A stretch of 63,989 nucleotides of DNA, filler included, from Choristocarpus tenellus KU-1152 (GCA_964200185.2; 13 parts of 13 records of this genome joined end to end with filler, not necessarily neighbours in it), one strand, 5' to 3'. Shown: positions 41,424-53,929, counted from the first letter of the whole stretch. Translations and numbers: made by a program. The notes: generated from the sequence alone by a model not told the origin.

Positions 41424-41824
41424 ACAGCCCCCCTGCACATGGGAATTTCCATTTCTAATTAGGTGGCATGGGGTATGGATTTGGATTTGAGTGATAGGGG
41501 TTGGTAGATGTGGGATAAAGGGAGACATGCTGAAACCTGGACGCTGATCTGAATATCCTCCCAAACATTGCCCAACCTTCCATCTTTCCAATGCATGGAT
41601 GGCATGCACACTTCTGTATCATCCCTACAGAACGCAAAAGAGCACACAAGAAAAGGAGCTACTTAAATCTCTTTACACTCTATTTCGTTTATATTGGTGG
41701 CAGTGGTCTGTAACCTTGACTGCAGCTCAGGCGCCCCTCGGCTCATATCTATTCCTTGTGAGCATCTCTCCCTGCGCAGGCGTAGACTCAAAAAACAACC
41801 CATTTAGACTCAATGAAGTCTCGC

Positions 41825-42908
41825 CTGATCTGTCGGGAACAGGAGGACTGTGAGACCGTCCTTGGCATAATTTGCTGCCAGTCTAGTGATTCCAGGCATC
41901 TGCAATGGCGTAGATGAGGCGATTGTCAGTGTAACATGTAAGATGGGATTGCTTGTGCGGTGGTGAATCCTGTGAAGTACAGGGGCGTGAAATAGGGATT
42001 AGGATTTGGTGGAGCAAAGGGAGTGTCGACGATCCTGGTCGCATCCTATGCGTTCCAAGTCAAGTCAAAGTCACATGGCAATCGTACAGTTCATCAAGAA
42101 CACAACACCTATCAATCACTCAGCATCAGAAAGGTCGGTGTGGTGTCAAGAGGAAAACACTTCCATCAATATCTTCTCCTCCATTTCCCACATCATGAGC
42201 AATCGGACCTACTCCTTGCCTCCTATCACAAAATCGAATTGTCAGTCCTTGACCGTTCCAACTATTATCCCTCCATCAAGCTAACGATTATTAGGCGGTT
42301 CTCCCAAATATTGATAGAAATTGATCACTAAGGGCGATGAATTATTGGTGACGAAGCACCTGGTTCAAGGACTCTGGGTCGTCGATCTTGGGATTGACGA
42401 CGAGCGTTGCCTTGCCGAGAAACTTGTTGAGGGGTAGAGTCTTCCCTGTGTACTGGACCTGGAAGTTCTGATCGCGAGCACCTACCACAACTGATGGAGC
42501 CGTTGCAACTGGCACAGTCTTTGCAGCAGTAGCAGTTTCTTCTTGCACCTCTACTACCGATTCTGTCCCCTCCTGGCCCATTGAAGTCAATGGTAATCCC
42601 AGCAAACCGGCGGCCCCAGAAGCAAGGCTCAACCCAAACTCACGCCTTGAGAGCGGCATATTCACAGCACCTACATCATTCTCTCCGATCACCTGTTCAT
42701 CACCAGCTATTCTCATAGACGGGCACGCTTTCCCTCGCTCGCATCGCACGGACAACTGAGGTCGTAACACACGGACCTGATCGTGTAAAGCACGCATCTC
42801 CCACTCGTTCAGCATTCTGACTGGCCGTACCAAAGTCGTGAATGCACTAGCTCCCATATAGCACGCTGCCGCGACCCCTAGCCCATAGACGAGACGTGGC
42901 CGTACCAT
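41825..42908 (-). CDS. Glutathione-peroxidase-fold protein lacking catalytic Cys/Sec, with predicted thylakoid-lumen targeting (first two exons)
   Basis: Exon 42908-42360 has a signal peptide ending ASA|FTT, a Tat motif LSRREFGLSLASGAAGLLGLP, then GKTLPLNKFLGKATLVVNPKIDDP. Exon 41899-41825 reads MPGITRLAANYAKDGLTVLLFPTDQ (compare GPX GLEILAFPCNQ). The second donor is GC. Confidence 0.8.
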
Positions 42909-43049
42909 TGCTTCTACTCCTCACCTGCAATGCACGTACCTGTAGGTGGTATGGTTGTTTTAGAGTTGAAACATGAACAATAACGCCTCTTGTATTCCCT
43001 ACAACCTCGTGTTGCCCACCTCCCACATGCCTTTAGAGATATTTTGAAG

Positions 43050-43820
43050 ATGGCGCCACTGAGGGGTCTTGCGACGCTCGCAGCGGTCTCCACCGCTCTA
43101 GCGTTTGTACCAGCACCATCTCTCCCTCGTGCACGGCTTCCCGTGCGTTCTCTGAAAGCATCCGCTACTACCTACGAACTCGATGGTAAGGTCATTCGTG
43201 GACCCCTCACACCCGTAGAGGACTGCGTTATAGTTGAGGTGGACAAGCCCAAGGATATGACAAGCGGAGGACTGTTTCTTCCGAACCAGGCGAAGAAAAC
43301 ACCAACTCGAGGAGTTGTGACGGCGGTGGGACCAGGGAAGCATCATTGGGACACTGGAGCAGTCATGCCTATGAAAGTGTCTGTTGGGGAGAAGGCTGTA
43401 TATGGTGAAAACTTGGGCTCAAGCATAAAGTACCAGGGGGAGGAGCACCTACTCCTTCGTGATGATGAGATAATCATGACCTACACGGGGGAGGAAATTA
43501 CGCTGGACACTATCCGTATGATAGGCGACCGCATCTTGCTAAGAGCAAAAAAAACCCGTACGGGCGAGACGACCTCTGCCGATGGCATTCTCATGACAGC
43601 CTCGGCCACTCGATTCGAGAGAGAGTCTGTGGGTATAATAGTGAAGGTTGGTGAAGGGAAGAAGGCAGCGAATGGTGTAATGATGCCTCTGTACGCCCAG
43701 CCGGGTGACCGCGTGAAGTTCAAGGACTATGCAGCAGCTTATGTGACGGTACAGGGGCTTTCGTCTGAAGATGAGGAATTTGTTGCCATCCGCAACGTGG
43801 ACATTCTTGCCAAGTGGTGA
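43050..43820 (+). CDS. cpn20: Plastid co-chaperonin Cpn20 (two tandem GroES domains), intronless
   Basis: Signal peptide ends ALA|FVP. Domain 1: PVEDCVIV...TSGGLFLP...GVVTAVGPG. Domain 2: IGDRILL...GIL...VKVGEG...PGDRVKF...DILAKW*. Confidence 0.95.
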   Translation: MAPLRGLATLAAVSTALAFVPAPSLPRARLPVRSLKASATTYELDGKVIRGPLTPVEDCVIVEVDKPKDMTSGGLFLPNQAKKTPTRGVVTAVGPGKHHWDTGAVMPMKVSVGEKAVYGENLGSSIKYQGEEHLLLRDDEIIMTYTGEEITLDTIRMIGDRILLRAKKTRTGETTSADGILMTASATRFERESVGIIVKVGEGKKAANGVMMPLYAQPGDRVKFKDYAAAYVTVQGLSSEDEEFVAIRNVDILAKW

Positions 43821-46235
43821 CGACTGGTTGGGGGAGAGGGTCGTAGGGGAGCTTTGCCTGGTGAATGAACAGTGCTGTATTGTACGGAGATGAATTGTAA
43901 CTGGGCTAGTTTAGTTTGCTCCTGAGGGCGATCACAGGAGGGTGCACGTTAGGGCTAGAATGGAGGTGGATTGCCTTGGTTCCTTCAGTAATTTTGCCAT
44001 TATATCGATGGTGGGCAATATTTAGAAAAACATGCAACATAAAAATTCCAAAATACACTGCAATATCAACTCGACCTCTCGTTGTCGAACATGTTCAACT
44101 ATTTTCCGTCTTGGTATTGTGCCCTCCAGTAATTGACATCTCCATTGCAACTGTTTCAGTTTATGCGCAAGAACTGCAAAGAAGATAACCTCTTCCTTGT
44201 AACTACTGGTTTTGTGCAACAGTAATCATAACAACCCTTGCTCTCCAAGAAATATCTGACCTCTCAACATGAACTCCATCAAATCGGAATAGCCAATGGC
44301 AACGAAATTCTTTCCATCTACTCAAAAGGACAGTTCTGACTTGGATTTTATTTGATTGGAGAGGTGATGCCCAGAAGGTAGGCCAAGAATGTGTTGCAAA
44401 TATTTTGTTGAAATCATAGAGTACAGCGTGTAAACTGTTAACCTCCCATGCCCTTTGTTGCTGCCCCAACAATTGGATCTGCATTGCCAATGGCACCAAA
44501 ACTGAACAAAGCCGACTGCTTTGCCTCTCTCTTCACGGTTTTGATCACTTGCGCCCAATGTACATGTACCCCACCGACAACCCTTCCAATCTGACCTTAA
44601 GGATCAGCTCTACCTTACCTCACCATGGTGTTGCTCCATTGGTCACTACTTGCTTCAAAGATTGTGCAATAAGGTGCGTCGGGTCAATGTAACATACAAC
44701 AATATGAAATGTGATCAACACCAATGCAGTTTCTTGGCCTGGACAAGGTGACGTAGTATAATCGAATGGCATACTGTTGGATTTGTGGTTCACTAGACAA
44801 GTTATGCCATACCACACATGCAAATAGCCTTCAGAAATAGACTATGGGCTCAATAATATATACTTCAGAGTGCACTACTATGTACTCCATACCCAAGAAA
44901 ATTGAATTGCTCGATACTGTAATGTTGTGCATGCAATGCAAGCAAAAATGTGTTCCACTTTTCACTTCTGAAAAAAAACTAAAGTACAGGTCACAATCTC
45001 CTGTACCCTGTACCATGACCCATGAATGACCTCCACGCCCTGTGCTGCCTCATTACTGGAATAGAAATGGGCAGGAGAGACCGATCTGTAATAGCATCAA
45101 AATATTCCTTTAGTCGATGCTGTAAAAAACATGTGCCAACTTCAGCAACCATTGAAGTACAATTGGAGTGTTTTTTCATGCTGGCTAAGAATAAGAATGC
45201 TGGTGTAGTAGTTCTCGTCTCATGATTGCCTCAAGCTCAAACTCATGAGCACACCCGGTGAAGGAGTGACAGGGGGTAAAGGGATTGCACCCTAATATAT
45301 GTATGAATATATATATATATATATATATATATGTTTGTATCTGTATCTAACCTTCACCTAAACAGTGCTCATCCTACACAGTAATACACATCAATTGTGA
45401 AATATTCTTCAAGATTACTTGCTAGAAACGTGGGATTGATCTTGGCATTGCCAACTGTCTCGACTGTGTGGGCATGGAACAACATACAGAACACCACAAG
45501 TGCTTCCATATCAAGGGTTCAACTCATCAAGAAACACATTTGTGTTGGTCATCATTTTCGCATCACATACACACCCAAGAACCACCCCATTAAACAGCAC
45601 CAAGATCGGAACATTTGCCGTAATCGACTTTACCCACAACAAGGCAGTCAGGTCAAAAACCTTTTGTGATTTTCACGTTCTGGCGTCAAATATTGTAACT
45701 GTTTGTAACTGTTTGTATACACTGTTGTAACTCTTCAGGTGCCACTGGGAACGCGTCTCACATGGCACCCCCAAGCCTTCTGAGAGGGAAGTGAGCCCTT
45801 GATGTGACCCTCAGGGTTCACACCCTCATCCTGCCATGTTCTGTTTCCATCCCCTTCCCCTGGACGCTTGAAATCCACCATTTATATCTCCCCTATCCAT
45901 TACACCAGACCTTCGTACCACCCCCTGACCATCAGCAATGGATCCTCACCCCCCAGCCAGGCTATTCATTCTAAGCCCTGGCCCTGTCACTCCAGGATCA
46001 ATACTACTGTTGCAACAAGTTCTACTGAGTGCATGAAAATCTCTATGGGATTAATTTGGTTGACATAGTTTAAAGAAATGGTTACAATGTGAGAAGCAGG
46101 GATCATCAAGCACACATGAGAATGTTGCAAGAGATACCCAGATGAGAAGCAAATAGAAGCAAATAGAATCAAATAGAATCTTCGTGAGACGTTCGCCTGA
46201 GGCAAAGATACCAGCACACCGACACAAATGGAGGA

Positions 46236-46266
46236 GGCCCAAAGTATCTGGGGGGGGGGGGGGGGA
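46236..46266 (+). mobile_element. MITE family B end fragment
   Basis: GGCCCAAAGTATCT followed by poly-G near the contig end. Confidence 0.5.
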
Positions 46267-46555
46267 CGGCACCACTAAAGGGCCATNNNNNNNNNNNNNN
46301 NNNNNNNNNNNNNNNNNNNNNNNNNNNNNNTTAATTAATTAANNNNNNNNNNNNNNNNNNNNNNNNNNNNNNNNNNNNNNNNNNNNCGTTCCACCGCCTC
46401 TCTCCCCGCCTTCTCTCTCTTTCGCTGGTGCTGCGAGGGGGGATCCCCTTCTTTTTTTTTTCTTTTTTTTTTCTTTTTTCACAAATAACCTATCGGATGC
46501 CATCCCACATCCTCACTGCCCAACCAGAAGAACGCATTTCGGTAGGGTGGAGAGG

Positions 46556-46599
46556 ACTACCTCAGTACTACCTCAGTACTACCTCAGTACTACCTCAGT
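46556..46599. repeat. 11-bp tandem repeat x4 (ACTACCTCAGT)
   Basis: Seen directly in the sequence. Confidence 0.9.
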
Positions 46600-46749
46600 T
46601 TTATGTCATGCCTGTACAGTTTGGGATGCCCCACTCGCTGGTCCAAATGGTGTTGAAAGCACAAAAACTTAAACTTGAACTCATTCTAGATTCTCTCTGT
46701 ATAGGGAGTTAACATGAAAGTACCTTTCAAGGGAGTTGCATGAAAGTAC

Positions 46750-49700
46750 CTTTCAAGGAGGCGTGCAGAGTCCCGCTCCTCTCTCAGCACCCAACAGAAT
46801 TGAAGTGTCGCCCAAATACCCAACACCAACGCAAAACTGGCCAGGCATAGACAGTGTATCAGGCCCAGAGCAGACCCACCCCACAGGAGAGTTGTGGTTG
46901 TGGTCAGTACAGAGCCCCAAACACACACCAAGGACATCTCCTGCATGGCAAAGGGTGAGCAAGAAGGAGGTGAGACATTTCCATTCATCTTGTCCCATTT
47001 CATCCCATATCATAGGGTATACTGGGTGTGCCTAACAAAGTTCCTATCCTACCTACTGTATCATACCTCCATAGGGTTAGGGAAGAGCAAAGTAACTTGC
47101 TAGAGCAACAACAGGAGAAAAAAATATATGGTAAATTGACAAGATTTGACACATTGAGCATTGACAAGATTTGACGCATTAAAACAATGGGAACAGAATG
47201 GGAGTGGACGCAGACATTGAACACTCCCTGACTCACCTCAGCAATAGATTCACCTTACTTGCCCCATCACACACTATTGATGACCTGATCACAAAGGAGC
47301 AACGGTCATCCCCAACGACATCACACTCTTGTTTAAAAATGTAATTATGCACTGACAGATGGACATAGATATCTCTAACCCTAACCCTCTAGTATTCAGT
47401 GTAACCTGAGGCTAGTTAGGAGGATGACAGTACTGCAGTACAGCTCACAGTAATCTATCTGATTTACCCTCCCGCAGCCACAACGCCTCCAAGGGAATAC
47501 GAACACACACCCGAACCCTAGCTCGAATGACCAAAGTGCTCCAGAGTGATGCTACAGGGCAACAAGAATTGTACAGCATAGCTGTAGGACTGAATCCAAA
47601 GACTGGGTTAAACCGCCAGTGGCTGCTGGGAGAGGGCTAGTCTGGAGTCCTCCAAGAGGAGTTGCCCCCTCCCCCCCCAATTCAAGAACATGGGTTTTTA
47701 GTCTTACTTAGTTTAGTCTTACTTTAGTTTAGTCTTACTTCCTTACTATTCTTCGCCCCTTCCCTAACCTTTAACAACCTTAAGGGACAAAACACATCAA
47801 TCCTAACCCTAAACTAACACAGTGATGACTGTTGTTTTGAGCTTGCTACTAGTGTTAACACCAAACACCAGATTTCGCAGACGCCCTTGCCTTACTGTCT
47901 CCATCACATAGACACCTACCTCCAACCCTTCCATGGACATATTGATAGGCTTGGACATATAGATAGGTTTGACTGTCACCCTCTACGCAACGGCACACAC
48001 TTCCTACACTCTGAGTGAGTGAGTGAGTGAGTGAGTGTGTGTTGCACCACAATGGAAATTGACCTAACCCTAACCCTAACCCTAACCCAAAGTAGTACAC
48101 CAAACACAATTCTAAACATCAACAAAGAGGCTCTGCGAACAAGGAATCACCACATTGAAGAGTTGAAGAGCTGGCACACCAAGTGTCAGCTGGTGAAAGT
48201 GAGACTATGGTCAGAGTTGATGACATGCCGTCTGCTTCTCTCTCACCCCTCATTCACCAACCTCACACCAGGTGAGCAATTGACTGTACCCTATAGAATC
48301 GCCAGGTGATGTCCGTATATAATTGTGGTACATAAATACAGGTATCCCTCACCACTGCGTGGACTCAAGAGGGTTACAGCGGAGTCTCCATTTTGCATGC
48401 CCGTGTCATGGGCCATAGGTACACTAAAAAGACCCAGCAATAACCTTCTTTGCCAAGTTCAAAACCGAGGCTTACACTTATGTATCACAATCACACAAGC
48501 ACACAGCTTCCTGTTGATCTGTATGATGCAGCGGATTTCTGACCAGCGCGAGTGACATGTAAACAGACATGTAAACAGACATGTAAACACCTCAAGCATC
48601 ACCATACTCCCTTTTGCTCACTGGCACATGGTGCACCAGGTCTTTCAATGTAGCGATTCCTCCTGCACTGAGCCTCTCGCTGATGCTGAAGAATGAATTC
48701 AACATATTTTTGTGATGAGGACTTCCCCACTCCACAACATACGATGCAGGCAATTGCCGGACCGGTGTCAGGTTACTGAAGTATGGGTGAGACATGTAAG
48801 CAGTCAATACGTCAACAACTCTGACAACAGATTCGCTTTACTTGATGGCACAAGATGTACTGGTCATTTAATTTATTTTTTTCCATTGTGTGCACCTAGA
48901 AGAAGAAACTGTCATGGTCTTCCCCCCTGAATAGGCACTGCCTACCCCAGCCTTGATGAGCATCAAGAAGAAACCTTGCAATGCCACATCTGTTACCCCC
49001 CTGCGCCCCATGGCCTCTTCCCATCTACAAAAGGGGACACCACAGTGGTTGCACATTGTATTACCACAGTATGACAAGCAACTGCACGTGCCAGGTCTTG
49101 TAGGAACGATAGGACCTGGTAGTAAAATATACCACTACAAACAAACCAGTCCTGCTGTGTTGAAGTTCACCCATTCATCTATTCCTGGGCAAATAGCAGC
49201 CCAGCTCCGAGCGACAATTCTTGACCGAGCAACAATTCTTGACCGCTCTTGCGGACTATCCGACAATGGATTGGGGATGTTTGCTTAGGGTTTAAATTCC
49301 CCACGTCATGAGCAGATGTACGCAATGCAAGGTCGGCCAACCTCACATTTCTAACCTAATGTAGAGTGATGTCAGTCTATAACGGTTTGACATTGCATCT
49401 GAATGACCTAGTATGGTAAAATGGTGGAACGCATGCTGAGCAAATACAGATGCTACAACAGGTTATTGATAGGTATATACATAGCAAATTTATTGAATGA
49501 ATGTCTAGTACTCCAAACGTTACCCCAACGCGATTGACCTCGCCCTGTTGGTGGGATCAATCCCCGCACTTCCAATAACAAACCCATTTTGCTCAGCATA
49601 TTCTTCCATATTTTTCAGCGTTCGATTCGATTGCTCCCAGGCCCTATTCACGACGGTGATCATCCGCTTTTGAAGTCCCACGACCAGAGAAATGCCTCAT

Positions 49701-50306
49701 CATCCAAACCGCCATGGTCGATTGACTGATATCAACTGACCTTGATATCAGCTAGATCAAAGCAATAAGACACCATCACTCCAAAAGCTGCCACAAGACA
49801 GGTTGGTCTCCCACCAAGCAGCAGCAGTACTCCAAGGCTAGGCCCCCCCAACACCCACAACCTTGCGTTGTGAGAGAACCGTACGGAGGTATCCACTCCA
49901 CGAGCACGTGCATTCCTGAATTTCGAACGGTATGGTATCGAAAGGATTAGATTAAAAATACTAGAGGAAGGGCAGGATGAAAATGGCTTAGCACCACGAC
50001 ATCTCATTCCGACACGATGTAGCGCAGCAGCAGCGAGAAAAAGGGTTGGTAGCCTCATCCAAACGTGCACATCGCACAAAGAAGGTTTGTTTACCCAACA
50101 CTAGGCATCACCTTGTCGAGACAATTTCATAATATTCGCGAATTTCATTTGCAGAGGGAATAAAGAAAGTACCATCGAGGCTTTACGTCATGCCGAAACG
50201 ATCACCTGCCGACGTTTGCAGTGTTCGCATTGATGACCTTCTTGGAGCGCAGTGACTCTTCAGTCGTCTCTGTAGATCGAGGCGATATGTGGATCCGGTG
50301 CCTCAT
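46750..50306 (-). CDS. 5' part of a multi-exon membrane-protein gene not assembled by the ORF track (possibly TMEM94-like)
   Basis: Phase-consistent GT-AG exons 50306-50206, 49915-49885, 49751-49741, 49643-49539, 47284-47254 and 46940-46750. They give MRHRIHISPR...GVDTSLISRAWEQSNRTLKNMEEYAEQNGF...DPTNRARSSIVCDGASKEMSLVCVWGSVL...LCLASFALVLGIWATLQFCWVLREERDSARLLER, with two hydrophobic segments. The family assignment is speculative. Confidence 0.5.
48063..48088 (-). repeat. Interstitial telomeric repeat (CCCTAA) x4
   Basis: Seen directly, next to (GAGT)n. Confidence 0.9.
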
Positions 50307-50897
50307 AGTACCTCCTTCATGCATCATGCATCACAAGAAACAGCCACCTATCCGCTGAGAGGAGGGAGGTGGTGCGAACAGCAAGTGTGAAGATGGGATT
50401 GGGAAGTTAGGAGTTGTGGGTACAATCACAATTATATAGATATCGGACGGTAGTATGACGTATGGTACTTGTCATACAGTAAAATCGGAAGTTGCATTGA
50501 TCATGATCGCTTATCTGCCATCATGTGTCTAAGGTTCCTTGGAAAGACATCTATTCTCTTTGGTCGTCTAAACCTCTGTCGCGTCTTCTTACCGGTCTAT
50601 TTGTTCGACCTTCTTGTAAGTACCTCCTGCTCGGGGGAAGGAGCTAGAAGAGGGGGCCTTCTTCCGTCATTAAATATTATAGTTTGGGGGATCTGTGGAG
50701 GTACCTTACCACCAGCAACCAGGAGGTCACGTGTTACATCTGCAGCAAAACGTGTACATACTCTGCTCGGGACTATCATTAATCGTATTAGTAGGTTAAC
50801 TACATTGTTTGGCATTCCCCATGTATGGAGGTAGGGTACCAACCGCCAATAGCGAATAACCAACCTTGATAGTTCAAGGGTGGACACCCAGACGTGG

Positions 50898-53798
50898 ATG
50901 CCGGGTGTATCCAAGATGGCTGGACGTGGTATGGATACGAAGGCTTTTGGTTCAGAAGAATTTGATCTTCCTCTGAATAATACCTACGATTCTTCACATG
51001 CCTGTCTCGACGATTGCAACACAACGAAGCGGCGAAAGGAGTTGTTTGAGGACAATTGTGCTTCCTCGAAAAGGGTGAGAAGAGACAATGGTCACTATTG
51101 GTGGCGTTTTGGGCTCTACCTTGGCTTGTGTGAGCGTTTGCCACTATTTTCCTGGAAGCTCGTTACGATTATAATTAGTGAATGTAATAAGTGTTCAAGT
51201 CTCCTGATCTTTCGGTAGACCGTTTGAGCTAACTAGCACCTTACTGGCGTGTCTTGATGGACCATTTGCAGCTGCGTGAGCTGATGGACATGTGCCTGGA
51301 CGACCTAGTGTTTTTATTGGAGGAATTCAGGAAGTTGGAAGTCATGGTAACACCCGAAGCCTTCAGTGGTAAGTCGCACTCGCTGGGGTGTAATACCCCA
51401 ACTTCTCGTGTAACGCCATTGCGATCTTCAACCTTATCCTCATGTTGACCCCTTATATTCGATTGCGTGTCACGCAATCCGTTCCGTAATACATGAACCT
51501 GCGCCCATCTCATTTGATTTCTGCTGGACTTTTTTCCGGCGCAAGATTTCTCCAGTTTGCGTTTCCTTTAGGTCGTAGTCCTCGCGCCGTTGTAATTGGG
51601 TGTCACAGGTGTTTCTGTTCCATGCCACTTATTCAGCGACTCTTTCTGTATCCATGCATCCGCACTGAAGATTCCTAGACAATTTTTCCTCACATTAATC
51701 CTACCTTTTTCTGCATTCTCCTCCTCCCCCACTCTTCCTCTTCATTATAATGTTCAATCTGAAACTGTATCCAGTGCCAGGAGTTGAACCTAAAGCGAAG
51801 CTGTACAGGCTAAGGTTATTTATCCAACACGTCAGTAATACTGTGGACCGACTGAAGTCTGCACAAGACGGTCAGGATCCACTGGACATGCATCAGCTTT
51901 CACTCTTGGAGAAGCACATAACTGCAGACATCCTGCCAGTAAAGAATCGCCTCTTGGAGAGAATCAAGGTTTCTGGTCTGCCCTCGCCCCCCAGAGCAGA
52001 AACGTCTCCAACCACTTCCCCCGCCATCAATAGTGTCAGCACAAGTGAAGGAGGACTTGACACTGATGAATGCAGTATTGACGATAACGAATCTTCAAGA
52101 GGATGGAACTCCGACCTGAATCTGATGGGGGTGGAGGAGGCTGTGGCAAAGGAGAGTGTATCTCAAAAGGAGGTCTTGTCGGGTATGGGGCACGATGACA
52201 GGTACCATGGGGGGAAGGTCTGTGAGGCAGCAGTAGGGATGGATGAAGAAGAGGACAAGGTCAAGGAAGAAGATAATCTGCACAAGGAGGACTATTGCAT
52301 AGGCCTTGACATTGAAAATGAAGACTTTCACGACTCTATTCATCTCATGAACTTTGACTATGATGAGAGGAGTGGGGGGATGGGAGATTCTAGTGGCGAT
52401 GATGATTTCATTCGTCAAGATGATGAAGATGACCTTTTCCATGGGAATGAGCGCCGTGAGGAACTGGAAATTTTGAACCAACTGGAGACTCAAGGGATCT
52501 TTGGATTGGATGATGGACACTCGCACCAGGGACTGCACATGCTCTCCACCTTACTTCTACCCCCATCATCTCCCACTTTAGATAAGGGGGAAAAGTTGCA
52601 GAAGGGGAGGCAAGAAGCAACACTGCCCTTGCCCGAACACGCGAGCACCTCCTCAGACAACCTGCAACCTGGGTCCACCCTGAGTTTAACCCAAAGATCA
52701 AGCAAATCCTGTAGAGTGGGGCAAGGGAATCTCTCCATCCCTGTGCAGCTGTCACTGCAAGTCAAGCCAGAACTGATAAAACACCCACCACCACCACCAC
52801 GGACGCAGGCCTTGGTCATGGCAGAACCAATTATTGTGGTTACTCCGATGTTGGAGTCTCCGAAGTCTGTATCCACTGTATCATTGCCGACTGCTACTGG
52901 AGAAGGGAGTGAGTTCGCAACAAGAGTAGAGGGAGTCATTTACCACGCATCAAACCCTGGATTGGCTCCGGTTTCACCATCTAAGTCCTTTTGCAAAGAC
53001 ACAGCACCATCCACTGGTGGTTTGACGTCTTCTCCAGCAACTCAAGTACCAGCTTCAACTTTGTCCTCCATGTCCGTGACAAGAGAGGCAGTAGTATCTA
53101 CTGGAGTATCTACTGGAAATGTGATGCATTTCCCTTCGATGGCAGTTCAAGCAGCAGTGGCAAAGGAGGTGACAGAAGATATTAATAATAAAGCCTCAGC
53201 CCCTTCCTCTCCCGCACGCACACCTTACAGGGATTCGAAACGAAACCCTAACCCTACCAGCACAGCACCTCTCTACCCTAACCCTAACCCCTCTACGGTG
53301 ACCACAATCTTGAATGGGAAGGAATTGCCGGAGGCTACTGAGTCAAATAGGTGCCCCTCTCCCCATCCGCCGGATGCAGCCAGAAACATGTCAAGAAGTG
53401 AGCTCTTGCTGAGACCAGGGCCTAAAACAGTGGTTCCTACATCAGTACTGGTGGACACTTGCATCACCTCGACCCAGAGTCACCCCGGGACCAGCCACCA
53501 GACCAGTGGAGTTCTTGTGGAGTCCTCAAGGTCGATGACTGCAATGCGCCCAATGAAAAGACGGAGGTCCTCCCTGTCCTACCCATCCACTGCACTGAGC
53601 CAGGCTAGGGAGGTGAGGTACCAGTGCAGTGCCTGCGCAGAAGGGTACTTGTCAACAGCAGTGGGAAACCCTTGGTGGAGGCTGACCCGACAGCAGTGCC
53701 CAAAGTGCAGAACGATTCAAATACCTCGGGTGGACATCTTTAACCCCACCAACAATGTGGAGGGGCACTTGTCTGTTCTGGCGGATGCATGTATGGAG
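50898..53798 (+). CDS. Unknown nuclear-type protein: helical N-terminal block, long acidic and Ser/Pro-rich linker, C4 Zn-ribbon (partial)
   Basis: Exons about 51272-51368 (LRELMDMCLDDLVFLLEEFRKLE, ending G|GTAAGT) and about 51781-53798, ending YQCSACAEGY...NPWWRLTRQQCPKCRTIQIPRVDIFNPTN. The probable first exon starts at ATG 50898; its splice junction is unresolved. Confidence 0.75.
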
Positions 53799-53929
53799 GT
53801 GAGGAGAGAGTGTATTATAGTAGATGGGGNNNNNNNNNNNNNNNNNNNNNNNNNNNNNNNNNNNNNNNNNNNNTTAATTAATTAANNNNNNNNNNNNNNN
53901 NNNNNNNNNNNNNNNNNNNNNNNNNNNNN

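Noticed and set aside
42990-43049. ORF-track N-terminal extensions (cpn20 from 42990, ARL6 from 14397, LPA1 from 27943, GBF1 exon from 29650)
   Set aside because: These are TTG/GTG starts or intron read-through. The downstream ATG places the signal peptide or the myristoylation Gly2 correctly.
53610-53720. CxxC...CxxC as a TnpB/Fanzor zinc finger
   Set aside because: There are no flanking RuvC motifs, and it lies in an exon of a spliced host gene.
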